Shown piece by piece: positions 27,393 through 36,920 of a stretch of 46,799 nt of DNA. A program made the translations under genes and the position numbers. Position 1 is the stretch's first letter. Each line of letters begins with the position of its first letter. The stretch lies in the IMG/VR virus record IMGVR_UViG_2703718778_000015; one strand, given 5' to 3'. The notes under the pieces were generated by a model that had not been told where the DNA came from, made no database searches, and saw only the letters and a program-made list of their open reading frames with translations. This stretch comes from a virus. Lineage: Duplodnaviria; Heunggongvirae; Uroviricota; Caudoviricetes.

Positions 27393-29372
27393 TTATGCTG
27401 ATGCCCGGCTTTCGTTAACGTTGACAGTGACCGTATCAAGCAGTACCGGATACGTCGCTTTTGTCCCCGTGATATCTGTCAGCGTCAGCGTATCTGCTGT
27501 AAAGCCATCATTTGTCCACATCACAAGGTCAAATGCCGTCTGCTCTGCACCATCAATCACCGGAACAACTCTTTCGCTGTTATTTCCCGCAAAGCGGAAA
27601 ACAACCGTATGCCAGTTATGGTCAAACGTACCAAATGTACCCAGTTGTGCATTCGAGGAGCCCTTCTGGTGCATCAGATTAAGATTTGATGTATCCGTCT
27701 GAAGGAAGAATGATGCCAGCATACTGTTTGCTGTCGCGCCTGACGCCCACTGCGACACCGGCCAGTAGATACCAAAGACAAACTGTCCGTTCACCAGCTC
27801 GCTTCCATCCGGAATTTTGAACCGTACGGCAATTTCCCCCCCCTTGCTGAGAAGATTTTTTGCCTCCTCCACTGCAATAGTACGGAACATTTTCCAGGAC
27901 GTCAGTTTACCGGGCTGTTTTTCCAGTCGCAGCGCTTTCCGTCCACCGTCATCAGTCACAGTGCCTTTGCCGCCGGAAGCGCCCCACTGCTGCTCTGTCA
28001 ATGCACCATTTCCACTGTTCGCATCATATTCAGCCACCGTCCTGGTACTGCTCACGGCCTCATCATGACCAGTACCAGCAACACCGCCATCCTGCGGTTT
28101 CTCAACATCCGGTGTCCCCGGACTGACAGGCGTTGTACCACCCGACTGCGGTGCGCTCTGCCCGGTAAGGAACGATAATGTCCGCCCGGCGTACTGCAAA
28201 ATGGCACCTGCCAGGCGGTCTGAAACAAGGCCTCTTCGCGCCCATGAACTGAAGTGCGTTTTACGATCGGCTGCCGTCCAGTTACTGGCAGTGCGTGACG
28301 CAGCGCCATAGTATCCCGCCGGGATAATGTCCGGATCTTCTGACGGCTCGTTTGTCGGCACATTCACACCATGCTCATCCGTCATCAACGGCACAAAGTG
28401 AATATTCTGCGCAGCTTTTCCTTTATACCCACCGTAAACCGCCTCATACGGCACTGCATACCTTTCCTTCCAGTAGTACGTGGTATCACCGCAAATCCAC
28501 GGGACGCTGGCCGTTGTCCCGCCAGTACACTGCTCTGCCACATCTGCCAGTTCCGTACGGAACTGATTTACCATGGCAAGGAAAAGCGCATTGTGTTCTG
28601 CATGTCTCCCCGAACTGACATCTTTTTCTCCCTGCATCCAGATCACTGATAACAGCACGTTCTTCGGATTTTTCTTCAGGGCCGCACGGGTTCTGCTGAC
28701 CAGGTCATGATACAGCGGTTTATCCGCCCCCCACAGGGACGAGCCTGCGGTCGCTCCCGACGCTTCGTTAAACGCCCCCTCGGCCCCCGCAGTAAATCCC
28801 GAATCGCCACGGCCACATGGAACAAGAAGGATACCCGCATTCGCAGGCATAAACGGCAGCAGCTTTTTGGCAACATGCAGAGCATGCCCCACACAACCGT
28901 ACTGTCCCTTACTCAGGTCTGCATGAGGATGATTCAGGTTACTCATATCCTGCACATCATGCAGACAGTGGTCTGCCGGAATGATGTCGTTATATTTACA
29001 GGCGGCACCACCCGGCGTCACCGTACTGCGACGCGCCAGCTGTTTAATACGCGGGTCCGGACGGTCATATGTCTCCGGCAGCGGCAGCCCTTCACCAAAA
29101 GACATTGAGTTTGACTGCCCCGCCAGAACAACAACAAAGTAATACTCCGGTTCGCTGGTGGTGCTGATAACTGTGCCTTCTCCATCCGACGGCTTCACCA
29201 CCACAGGTGTGGTGACATCACCTTCCGCCGCAATGGCCTGCATCAGGGTATAAGGCGTGATGGCCACCGGGCTGCCAAATGGCTGCCACCCCTCCTTCAG
29301 TTTTTGAGTCAGTCGCTCCGCAAGGTCTGACGGCGACGCCGCCCTGACCACATCGTAGTGTTTAAATGTCAT
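27393..29372 (-). CDS. nanS-p: Sialate O-acetylesterase NanS-p-like protein (prophage-encoded)
   Basis: 659 aa; recognised as the esterase found between stx and the lysis genes in Stx-type prophages. The family call is from memory of those proteins and of the locus position, not a motif scan. Confidence 0.75.
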   Translation of the reverse strand: MTFKHYDVVRAASPSDLAERLTQKLKEGWQPFGSPVAITPYTLMQAIAAEGDVTTPVVVKPSDGEGTVISTTSEPEYYFVVVLAGQSNSMSFGEGLPLPETYDRPDPRIKQLARRSTVTPGGAACKYNDIIPADHCLHDVQDMSNLNHPHADLSKGQYGCVGHALHVAKKLLPFMPANAGILLVPCGRGDSGFTAGAEGAFNEASGATAGSSLWGADKPLYHDLVSRTRAALKKNPKNVLLSVIWMQGEKDVSSGRHAEHNALFLAMVNQFRTELADVAEQCTGGTTASVPWICGDTTYYWKERYAVPYEAVYGGYKGKAAQNIHFVPLMTDEHGVNVPTNEPSEDPDIIPAGYYGAASRTASNWTAADRKTHFSSWARRGLVSDRLAGAILQYAGRTLSFLTGQSAPQSGGTTPVSPGTPDVEKPQDGGVAGTGHDEAVSSTRTVAEYDANSGNGALTEQQWGASGGKGTVTDDGGRKALRLEKQPGKLTSWKMFRTIAVEEAKNLLSKGGEIAVRFKIPDGSELVNGQFVFGIYWPVSQWASGATANSMLASFFLQTDTSNLNLMHQKGSSNAQLGTFGTFDHNWHTVVFRFAGNNSERVVPVIDGAEQTAFDLVMWTNDGFTADTLTLTDITGTKATYPVLLDTVTVNVNESRASA

Positions 29373-29553
29373 GAATCCTCCCGGTCGGGATAATGTTGTG
29401 AGTCAGATAAGGAGCGAGCTGAAGTCCGGAAGTTACAGGACAATGGCAGGAGGAAGACTACAGCCCGCAATACGAAAAAGGCCGCGCAGTTGCGCAGCCT
29501 TATGAATTCTGGTTAAAATCCATTCGATTATAAAAATGTATATCTCATGCTGT

Positions 29554-29580
29554 TGCCCGAACCCACTCGGGCTTTTTTTT
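29554..29580 (+). terminator. Intrinsic terminator on the plus strand, within a cluster of GC-rich stem-loops
   Basis: gcccgaacccactcgggc followed by T8; the adjacent hairpin gcccctccggagaggggc (about 29595-29612) has a U-rich tail on the minus strand, making the pair bidirectional. Confidence 0.5.
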
Positions 29581-29944
29581 GCCCACAAGAAAGCCCCTCC
29601 GGAGAGGGGCTAAAGCCGCGTATCTGTATCATCATGCACATGGTGCCGGGTGCCTCCCGGTGAGTTCAGCCCGGTGCCACTAAACCCGCGTCATTCTCGT
29701 TTTGATAATCAGAGATTATACCGTCACCAGTCGCCCCTCCGCTCAGGGGGATTCACCATGCCAGTTTCTTTTAACAAACTCCCCGCAAACCAGACAACAG
29801 TCAACCGCCTGAATTGTGAGGTATTTAAAAATTTCAACGGGTAACTGATACCCTGCTAATCGCCTGATGCTTTCTTTTTCAGCAACGGGAAAGCAACAAC
29901 CACCACACCCATCAGCCGCCCATTTACCACAAATAAAAAAGCCT

Positions 29945-30142
29945 TCAGGACTGAAGGCGTCTGTAACAACCGAACTGATAGTCTGCCAGCCCAGCCATAA
30001 CAAGCTGGGTCAGTATTAACTGACAGCGTTCGCGTGAAAGGTACGTATTCTGTGCAATCTCCCCGACTGTCGCCGGTTCGGTGACGCTTAATTCATTAAA
30101 CACCACTCTGGCGGTTTCGGTCATATCCTGCTGTTTCAGCAT
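29945..30142 (-). CDS. Hypothetical small protein (65 aa), possible winged-helix fold, between tR'-like terminator and nanS-p
   Basis: ORF from the internal Met (MLKQQDMTETARVVF...); the upstream part of the ORF-track version overlaps the terminator hairpin; occupies the slot where stx genes sit in Stx phages. Confidence 0.4.
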   Translation of the reverse strand: MLKQQDMTETARVVFNELSVTEPATVGEIAQNTYLSRERCQLILTQLVMAGLADYQFGCYRRLQS

Positions 30143-30263
30143 GTCTTTTTCCCTTTTCCGGTTAACGTGACACACCAATAACTCTTGTCGAAAAAGCCAG
30201 CAAGCTGAAAGAACGGTATTAATAACCACCAGCGAATTTATTGCGCTGCTGTATATTACGGAC

Positions 30264-30288
30264 ACAAAAAAACCACCTTCCGGTGGCT
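30264..30288 (-). terminator. tR'-like intrinsic terminator about 75 bp downstream of the Q-like gene
   Basis: Minus strand gccaccggaaggtggc followed by T7; preceded by a second stem-loop (gcgaaa...tttcgc). Confidence 0.6.
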
Positions 30289-30359
30289 TCCTTGTGCGAA
30301 AAAAACTTGCATTTCGCCTCGCGATACAGCCTTGCGAAGCTTATACGGATTGAAGCAGT

Positions 30360-30932
30360 TTATTGATCAGTTTGCAACATTTTTTTCTCTGTAACAAAAG
30401 CCATACGCATGGGGGCATGTAACATAAATTCAGATATCCCCAACCACTGATCAATTCGGCGTCTGCACGTAACCAACGTCCACTCAGGATGATCTGCATT
30501 TAACCTTTCGGCCATTTTCAGTTTGCTCATTCCCCGTCCTTCGTACCTTTGCCGGAGAATATTGATTAGTCCGGGATATTCCCCAAGCACCTCACTGATA
30601 ACGCGATCAATAATCAACGCCTCTGTGTCTGTACAATGTGACAACCAGCTCTTCTGCTTCCCTCTGGTCATATCCCGAAAAAATGCCTCAAGTTCCGGTT
30701 TTTCCAGCCCGGATTTCTTCATTCTGCGTAAAACCTCATTAACTGCTGTTTTCGTCAGCTTTTTCGAAACCAGTAACCGGTTAAACATATTTCCGGATTT
30801 ACCCCCACCGATATACGACCACCGCCCCCACATCCGTAATTTCCCCTGGATCCAGACTGCTTCCAGCGTGTTCAGACGTAAATGTTCGCCGCTTTTGCCT
30901 GTAATTTCCGGATATATCATATTTACGCTCAC
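30360..30932 (-). CDS. Putative late-gene antiterminator (Q-like), assigned mainly by position
   Basis: 190 aa; sits between rusA and the tR'-like terminator/lysis region; does not resemble lambda Q as remembered, so family membership is unverified. Confidence 0.45.
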   Translation of the reverse strand: MSVNMIYPEITGKSGEHLRLNTLEAVWIQGKLRMWGRWSYIGGGKSGNMFNRLLVSKKLTKTAVNEVLRRMKKSGLEKPELEAFFRDMTRGKQKSWLSHCTDTEALIIDRVISEVLGEYPGLINILRQRYEGRGMSKLKMAERLNADHPEWTLVTCRRRIDQWLGISEFMLHAPMRMAFVTEKKMLQTDQ

Positions 30933-31288
30933 TCACTCTCAATTTTGTAAATCTTCACACCCAGCCGTCCACCAGATACTGGCTGACCACGTACAATATT
31001 GATTTCATCAAACTGCTCGTCATCAATGAGCACTCCCGCATGCGTCAGCGCATCCAGCGGTGCTTTCAGAATGTTGTCCAGGTCGCGACGACGCTTATCC
31101 GGTGGCTCTGCAATCACCTTTATCACCAGCCTTCCGGACAGGCTTAATTTCAGCCGCTGCTGGCGAACAATAAGCGCCACAGCCCGGCGATAACGCTTTC
31201 CCTCCTCCGAGATAAAATATGTGCTGCCACGGCGTCGCCAGTAAGTGTTCACCGTCGGCGGGTAAGGTAAAACCAAATCTATGAGCAT
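30929..31288 (-). CDS. rusA: Holliday junction resolvase RusA
   Basis: 119 aa; RusA-like motifs (PPTVNTYWRRRG, DKRRRDLDNILKAPLDALTHAGVLIDDEQ). Confidence 0.88.
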   Translation of the reverse strand: MLIDLVLPYPPTVNTYWRRRGSTYFISEEGKRYRRAVALIVRQQRLKLSLSGRLVIKVIAEPPDKRRRDLDNILKAPLDALTHAGVLIDDEQFDEINIVRGQPVSGGRLGVKIYKIESE

Positions 31289-31300
31289 CAGTCACCTCTT

Positions 31301-32350
31301 TTACCCAAGCACGCCAGTTGCAAAGGCGTGATCAAGAAAACGAAAAATTAAATCAATCTGAGAACCATGCTTTTCTTCGAACGCCAGCGGATCCGCATGA
31401 AGTTCGTTGTGATGTTCCCGGCACAACGGTAGCGTGAAAATATCGTGGGCCTTTGTTCCCATCCCTCCCTGACCGTGACCAATCAGGTGATGGGGATCGT
31501 CGGCTGGCTGACCACAACACGCACACGGCTGTGTCTTCACCCAGCGCGTATATTTCTCATTTACCCAACGGCGACGTTTAGGTCGCCTCATGAAAGATTC
31601 CGGAGACTCCGGATCAACGGTGATGCATACCACCGTCTTTTCCTGTGGTGGGTTCTGTTGCTGGCGGGCGTGAGACGGCGGCGCAATATTTTTTGTGCGC
31701 TGCTTCAGTATGCTGGTGGCGGTCTGCTCTCCCGGTATGATGTCGCTTTCGCGATACACCGAGCGGATTTTTTCCGCACGTAACCCCAGAGAACGACGTA
31801 ATACTGCCTCCGGAAGCGCGTCCGCCACCTGATTGCAGACCGCCCACCAGGATAATTCAGCCAGCGACAATTCCCGCTCCTGCGTGCCATTCATTGCATG
31901 GCGTATGACGTCAATCATCCATGCTGACAGGTTTTGATGAGCAAGTTGCCCGAGTGATTCGGATGTCTGGTCACGCAGCTGGTTGTCACAGTGCCAGCAC
32001 AACACCATCGCGCCAGCGCCATAACGGTGAATGACGGTTTCACTGTGGTGATAATCGCCGTGTGGCCACTGGCAGGATTTAACATGGCGCAGTAACCAGT
32101 CAGACAATGCGCCAGCGCCACCAGCAGCACGAATCACTCGTTCGTCGCTGAAAAATGGCAGTAATGATTTATCCTCCGCCAGCGGCTGGCGAACGGCAGG
32201 AACGCCCCCGGACGGCATATTACGCATGCTTTTCGGTTCCGGCTCCACCAGTACCCGGGTATTTTGGAATACCGGCATGGATTCATGGCCCGGCTTAACG
32301 ATCACCAGCCCGAGTTCTGGCACAAGAACAGGTCGAAGTAATACCCGCAC
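31301..32350 (-). CDS. DUF968-family protein (YdfU-like) with C-terminal HNH-like Cys/His cluster
   Basis: 349 aa; C-terminal CACCGQPADDPHHLIGHGQGGMGTKAHDIFTLPLCREHHNELH is typical of the DUF968 proteins of lambdoid nin regions. Confidence 0.75.
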   Translation of the reverse strand: MRVLLRPVLVPELGLVIVKPGHESMPVFQNTRVLVEPEPKSMRNMPSGGVPAVRQPLAEDKSLLPFFSDERVIRAAGGAGALSDWLLRHVKSCQWPHGDYHHSETVIHRYGAGAMVLCWHCDNQLRDQTSESLGQLAHQNLSAWMIDVIRHAMNGTQERELSLAELSWWAVCNQVADALPEAVLRRSLGLRAEKIRSVYRESDIIPGEQTATSILKQRTKNIAPPSHARQQQNPPQEKTVVCITVDPESPESFMRRPKRRRWVNEKYTRWVKTQPCACCGQPADDPHHLIGHGQGGMGTKAHDIFTLPLCREHHNELHADPLAFEEKHGSQIDLIFRFLDHAFATGVLG

Positions 32351-32351
32351 G

Positions 32352-32630
32352 TTACCTCCAGATACGTTGCTGGAATGTGCGGGATGGACGCGGTGGGCGC
32401 TCGGAGTAAGGAAGCCTGACGGAGATTATCCAGTGACGATAATCGAGGCTGAGGGCTTTCTTAATCTCGTATCCGTGTCTGCGGTAGCACTGAATTAGCC
32501 ACTCGGCCTGTTCTTCAGTGCATGGGGGATGCTGGAACCAGTCAGATTTGAAAGTGCGGGAACGCCGCCCGTGCCTGCTGGCAAAGACGGCAGAATCATC
32601 AGAATTGTGTAATTTGGTATCGTGCGCCAT
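32352..32630 (-). CDS. Hypothetical protein (about 92 aa)
   Basis: ORF from the internal Met (MAHDTKLH...) downstream of the hok terminator; stop overlaps the DUF968 start; weak RBS. Confidence 0.4.
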   Translation of the reverse strand: MAHDTKLHNSDDSAVFASRHGRRSRTFKSDWFQHPPCTEEQAEWLIQCYRRHGYEIKKALSLDYRHWIISVRLPYSERPPRPSRTFQQRIWR

Positions 32631-32702
32631 CGGTTGTCTCTGCTGGCGCAGCAGGTGCCAGTTGTTCAGGCTGGCGTGCGAATTGTAAACCAGAATGCCA
32701 GG

Positions 32703-32728
32703 AAAAAACAAAACCCGCCGAAGCGGGT
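32703..32728 (-). terminator. Intrinsic terminator downstream of hok
   Basis: Minus strand acccgcttcggcgggt followed by tttgtttttt. Confidence 0.65.
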
Positions 32729-32797
32729 TACGTGCGGGTGCGTTGAGGATGCCTGACACATCAGAGGTGGCGAGGGATTTCTCCCTCGCCGGGTCTC

Positions 32798-32953
32798 TTA
32801 CTCCTCAGGTTCGTAAACTGTGAAGACAGCGACCTCCGTCTGGCCGGTTCGGATTCGTACCTCGCAGAGGTCTTTCCTCGTTACCAGTGCCGTCACTATG
32901 ACGGTTAAACAGATGACGATCAGGGCGATTAACATCGCCTTTTGCTGCTTCAT
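32798..32953 (-). CDS. hok: Hok-family type I toxin (small membrane peptide)
   Basis: 51 aa, MKQQKAMLIALIVICLTVIVTALVTRKDLCEVRIRTGQTEVAVFTVYEPEE, one residue from HokD/RelF as remembered; strong AAGGAGAAG RBS. Confidence 0.9.
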   Translation of the reverse strand: MKQQKAMLIALIVICLTVIVTALVTRKDLCEVRIRTGQTEVAVFTVYEPEE

Positions 32954-33244
32954 AGCCTGCTTCTCCTTGCCTTTCGGCACGTAAGAGGCTAACCTAGATT
33001 TGCCGTTCATAGATTGAGCCTCAGATTAATGTTAAGCGTCTTGCAGGACGCGTAATGTTAACTGGGGCTTTTCTCTATCTGCCTTTTGGTATTCATGCCT
33101 GAGACAGATAGCCTCAAGCACCCGCAGCAATTCTACTTAACTATCCTTTCCCCGCAAATCGTTTTTATCCCCAGCGACAAATCGAATACACCACCAGCGC
33201 CACCGCCATTGCGATCCCTACCGTTGTGAATGCCTCAGGCCAGG

Positions 33245-33589
33245 TCATCGTAAAACATCCTCTGCGCTTATCAGTCCGTTTCGCTTCAGGTAGTCCATCG
33301 CCTTACCCGGCAATTTACAGTCCGGCTTCGTTTTCCTCAGTTGCCAGGTTAACTGCTTTACCAGCATGGTTAACTCGTCGACCAGACGCTGATGTCCCAC
33401 TGGTTTGTATTCATGCAATTTACCGGCTGGCTCTGCTGCCAGCGATGCCAGTGCGATTTCCAGAACAGCAATATCCATCTTATATGTGCGGATGATGTCA
33501 TGGTCGTTTGTGCCCGGTATGCACAGTCTCTGTGCTTCAATAGTCTCCTCTGCGTGAGCTATTAACTGCTCTCTGGTAAAAGTGGTCAT
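33245..33589 (-). CDS. Hypothetical protein (114 aa), paralogous to the ORF at 34103-34528
   Basis: N-terminal segment [15 protein letters not shown]...[12 protein letters not shown] resembles MTELTKEQLIEEAKL...FKIALTSLEAEP of the neighbouring ORF. Confidence 0.5.
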   Translation of the reverse strand: MTTFTREQLIAHAEETIEAQRLCIPGTNDHDIIRTYKMDIAVLEIALASLAAEPAGKLHEYKPVGHQRLVDELTMLVKQLTWQLRKTKPDCKLPGKAMDYLKRNGLISAEDVLR

Positions 33590-34101
33590 GCCGCGCTTCC
33601 TTCTTGCTTATTAACGATTACACCGTCATATATTTCATTAAGGTGTCCCCTCAACTCCATGCGCCTTAATGCAGACAACATGTAATCGCATTCAACCTGC
33701 TTATTTCCAGTAAATGGCTTATCGTCAGGATCACCCCAACAGCAATTACCCTTGGGCCACCCATGTACTTTCCGTACTCTTCCGTTAACAACGTGAAGTA
33801 ATCCCCAGCCAGGTGGTAAATCCTCAATTGAAATAATTCCCGGCTCACTAATAAAGAATCTCCAGTCGCCCATGCCAAGAGAGGGATTTTTACGGAAACG
33901 CTTTTTTCTATCTGCCAACAAGTCAGCACGAGAACACTTCGCCTCTATCAGGCATGATGCTGAATTTCTGAATCCCATAGCATCTGGTTGTTCTCCAGTA
34001 CTGGTTACAGCAACAAAGCGGTCATGAAAGCAAACCTTGAACCCGTTGCGCTTAAGGAACCTGTACGCAATCTGACAGAGTTCGCGGTGTGTTAACGCCA
34101 T
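33586..34101 (-). CDS. Hypothetical protein with possible PD-(D/E)xK nuclease motif
   Basis: 171 aa; candidate motif ...PDAMGF...CLIEAKCS (D...E-x-K). Weak, motif-only evidence. Confidence 0.4.
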   Translation of the reverse strand: MALTHRELCQIAYRFLKRNGFKVCFHDRFVAVTSTGEQPDAMGFRNSASCLIEAKCSRADLLADRKKRFRKNPSLGMGDWRFFISEPGIISIEDLPPGWGLLHVVNGRVRKVHGWPKGNCCWGDPDDKPFTGNKQVECDYMLSALRRMELRGHLNEIYDGVIVNKQEGSAA

Positions 34102-34102
34102 C

Positions 34103-34528
34103 TCATTCTCCTTTGATGCGAATGTTTACAACCTGACAAACCTCTTTGAGTACCCAGTCAACAGCGTCTTTCCACGCTCCAGTCTCAACTGGCGGATTCT
34201 CACGTTTTACTTGTTCATAGAAGTGCACAGCTTTAACCAGTCCTTCAGGTACTACAGGCACTGGCGGCATGCGATACAATGGAGTAACACAACGCGAAGC
34301 CTCATATTTATCTGACGGACGCTGAAATATCTCACCGAACCCATATTTTTCAATATCTCGCAGTTCCTCGTCGTCAGTCCATGCCACCGGTTCTGCTTCC
34401 AGCGATGTCAGTGCAATTTTGAATAACTCACCCTCTACTCGTGCCACGCCTGAATTGGGATGGCATTTCGCAATCGCTATTTTTAATTTGGCTTCTTCGA
34501 TTAATTGCTCTTTTGTTAATTCAGTCAT
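34103..34528 (-). CDS. Hypothetical protein (141 aa), paralogous to the ORF at 33245-33589
   Basis: Shared N-terminal module with 33245-33589; C-terminus differs. Confidence 0.5.
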   Translation of the reverse strand: MTELTKEQLIEEAKLKIAIAKCHPNSGVARVEGELFKIALTSLEAEPVAWTDDEELRDIEKYGFGEIFQRPSDKYEASRCVTPLYRMPPVPVVPEGLVKAVHFYEQVKRENPPVETGAWKDAVDWVLKEVCQVVNIRIKGE

Positions 34529-34623
34529 TTTTCATTACCGCTCTTTCGGGCGGCCTCCTGATGTTCTGAGGGTGCAGAAATCCCTCCGGCTAAGGATTAA
34601 ATTTTTAACAGTTCTAAATTTAA

Positions 34624-34980
34624 CTATTCAGTTCTGGATTTTGTCGCCCTGCGTATCCGCGCTTTCGCGTTACGCTCAATCTGAATTAGCTTTTCTATAT
34701 TTTTTCGCCTTTCCCGCTCCTCCTGGCGCAAGTGCCTTACATCATCTGCCAGTCTGGTTTCTCTTTTCGCCACAGAGAGCATCCAGTCAAATGGCTCCAC
34801 AACTGCACCGCAGATTTTACAGCGGACCTGACGCTCTTTTTCGTCAACCAGGACAGAGGCGTGATGACAATATGGTCTTTCCGATGGCTCATAAAGAAAA
34901 TTAACCTGATTACGAGGGTCATCCTCTTTTACCGGAAATAAAACGATATTGCTTAACTCATCCTCTGGTTTTATTTCCAT
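34624..34980 (-). CDS. Hypothetical protein with Cys/His cluster (possible zinc ribbon)
   Basis: 118 aa; CHH...CKICG arrangement; basic C-terminus. Confidence 0.45.
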   Translation of the reverse strand: MEIKPEDELSNIVLFPVKEDDPRNQVNFLYEPSERPYCHHASVLVDEKERQVRCKICGAVVEPFDWMLSVAKRETRLADDVRHLRQEERERRKNIEKLIQIERNAKARIRRATKSRTE

Positions 34981-35419
34981 GCTCCTCTCCTTTGATGCGA
35001 ATGCCAGCGACGCGTAATGCGTGTTCTAGGTCAATCAGGTAAAGCCAACTGCCATTTTCTTTAGGTATCATGACATGTCGCTCATCTGCATTTATCGGGT
35101 GTCCATATCGAAGGTCGTAGCGAGTCGGTAATTGAACTTCCCGCGCTTCCAGTTCAGCAATACGCTTGCTCCCATCAGAGATAACGCCTTCGTAATACTC
35201 ACGCTGCTCGTTGAGTTGTGATTTTGCTTCTTCCAGTCCATCCAGCAAATCAGCGATAATATCCGCTTCCCGATGACGGATGTGACGCTTAAACGCAGCA
35301 AGAGCCGCATCACAATCCCGTTCAGCATTTTGGCTGTCCGGGATAGCCTGATACCACGCCAGCGTCGACTGATAGTTTTGTGCTGCCTCACGAAGCGCCT
35401 CATAGTTAACCTCTCTCAT
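34958..35419 (-). CDS. Hypothetical protein (153 aa)
   Basis: ORF in operon context; predicted coiled-coil centre; no motif recognised. Confidence 0.45.
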   Translation of the reverse strand: MREVNYEALREAAQNYQSTLAWYQAIPDSQNAERDCDAALAAFKRHIRHREADIIADLLDGLEEAKSQLNEQREYYEGVISDGSKRIAELEAREVQLPTRYDLRYGHPINADERHVMIPKENGSWLYLIDLEHALRVAGIRIKGEEHGNKTRG

Positions 35420-35712
35420 TGAGCCACCTCCTGATAAATCACCGCATGCCCCAGTTTCTCCGCCAGTGCCAGCTCTGCCTTAGCGCCCGCTGACCGCTGC
35501 CAGCCATTCAGCATGTAAATCGCATCCACACAACGAATCATTGCCATGCAAATATCCATGTAGTGCGGCTGTGTCAGCCCGTCCGGAAGTACTGCCGGGT
35601 TTAAGACGGTATGCCCTTCCCGTTTCAGTTCCTCTTCCGCCTTGTGAAACGCCTCACGGTTGAAATTTTCATATCCCGTCATTGGACCGGCAATATAAAC
35701 TCTGACCCTCAC
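35416..35712 (-). CDS. DUF4406-family protein (nucleoside 2-deoxyribosyltransferase-like fold)
   Basis: VYIAGPMTGYENFNREAF...GHTVLNPA...MLNGWQRSAGAKAELALAEKLGHAV matches the DUF4406 pattern as remembered; probable GTG start overlapping the upstream stop. Confidence 0.55.
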   Translation of the reverse strand: MRVRVYIAGPMTGYENFNREAFHKAEEELKREGHTVLNPAVLPDGLTQPHYMDICMAMIRCVDAIYMLNGWQRSAGAKAELALAEKLGHAVIYQEVAQ

Positions 35713-36116
35713 TCCATCACCTCCTGAAAGTTTCCCCGATAGAACGCCAGCACACGCTGCATAACTTCGCTCTGGCGGCACTCACGACAAATTATGTTCT
35801 GCCGTCTGTTGTAACGACGTATTTCTCCGTCAGGTAACTTTCGAATCAGTGTCGGGTCAGCAGCCTTCTCCGGTGTCTTACGCCATACGCGATACGCCTG
35901 CTCTGATGGAAATACCCCGCAACCAGAGAGCCAGACATCACCACTGGCCGCAAGCGCACCAGATAAACGACGAATAGCGGTCTTACTGACACCCGTTTTA
36001 TCTGCCAGTTGTCGAAAAGTTTCTCGTCCGCTCAGGCGCACGAATTCCACAATGCGCGCCTTCACTTCTTCCCGCTCTTCTGGTGTAAATACTTTTGCCA
36101 TAAGCGCCTCCGGCAA
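35709..36116 (-). CDS. Hypothetical protein (135 aa)
   Basis: ORF in operon context; Cys pair (CRECRQ); no family recognised. Confidence 0.45.
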   Translation of the reverse strand: MPEALMAKVFTPEEREEVKARIVEFVRLSGRETFRQLADKTGVSKTAIRRLSGALAASGDVWLSGCGVFPSEQAYRVWRKTPEKAADPTLIRKLPDGEIRRYNRRQNIICRECRQSEVMQRVLAFYRGNFQEVME

Positions 36117-36911
36117 TCACTTTTCCGATACAACACGGCGGGAAGAATCAGCAATCTGTCGAACAATATCCCGGTGCTTGTTCAGCTCCCGCAGCGCGGC
36201 GCAGACTCGCTCCCACTTCTGAACATCACTTTTCGCCCTGCGCAGCGCCAGGTTTGCCCTGCGAAGGGACGGAAAAATCAGCTCATCTGCTTGCGTTTCG
36301 GTAAACGATGGCAACGGCTGCACAATGTCCGCCACAGTTTCTGTTTTAATTTCTTCCTGTGTTGCGGCTTCCCGGACTGGTAACGCAGCACCTGCTGGCT
36401 GAGGAAAGGCCTTACCATCACTTTCCGTTACCAGCGCGGCTTTCGGCTCTGCTGGTAAATTATCGCCCGGCATGCAGTAACGAAATTTACCGTTCTGATT
36501 AACGCGTGCCAGCCGCCCCGTTGCGGTTACCACCGCCAGCGTGGAGGCAACCTTGCGAGTACTGACGCCGAACTTACCCGCCAGTTCCTCACACGTTTTA
36601 GCACCATCCTGACCGATAAACTCAATCATCATGTCTGCGGTAACTTTTTGTTCGACCTCCCCAGTCAGCATATCCTGTGCTTCAGATTTTACTGGCCGCT
36701 CTTCGGTTACCCGGGATTCACCTTCGCCAGCCAGAAACCAGGTGTGACCAGTTTTATCAACGACGCCATTTCTTTTGAGTTCCCACAGCTCGTTGAGAAC
36801 CTCTTCACGACTGATATCAAGTCGCGCGGCCAGTTCTACCGATGTGGCTTTTCCCATTGCTTTCAGTGCGTCAAATACGGTTTCCATTAAAATTTCCTCC
36901 GACAAAATCAT
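36117..36911 (-). CDS. Hypothetical protein with N-terminal winged-helix-like DNA-binding region
   Basis: 264 aa; N-terminus ([31 protein letters not shown]) looks like an HTH; real start may be the internal Met at about 36887. Confidence 0.5.
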   Translation of the reverse strand: MILSEEILMETVFDALKAMGKATSVELAARLDISREEVLNELWELKRNGVVDKTGHTWFLAGEGESRVTEERPVKSEAQDMLTGEVEQKVTADMMIEFIGQDGAKTCEELAGKFGVSTRKVASTLAVVTATGRLARVNQNGKFRYCMPGDNLPAEPKAALVTESDGKAFPQPAGAALPVREAATQEEIKTETVADIVQPLPSFTETQADELIFPSLRRANLALRRAKSDVQKWERVCAALRELNKHRDIVRQIADSSRRVVSEK

Positions 36912-36920
36912 TTCTCAAAT

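Noticed and set aside
29373-29944. Possible tRNA genes in the Q-to-nanS-p interval, as found in Stx phages
   Set aside because: No sequence with the conserved T-loop (GGTTCGAATCC-like) or a cloverleaf arrangement was found by eye; the stem-loops look like terminators. A tRNAscan-SE run would be needed to be certain.
27393-30359. Shiga toxin genes (stxA/stxB) upstream of nanS-p
   Set aside because: No ORF of appropriate size or AB5-toxin signal-peptide character exists between the tR'-like terminator and nanS-p; the locus appears stx-negative.
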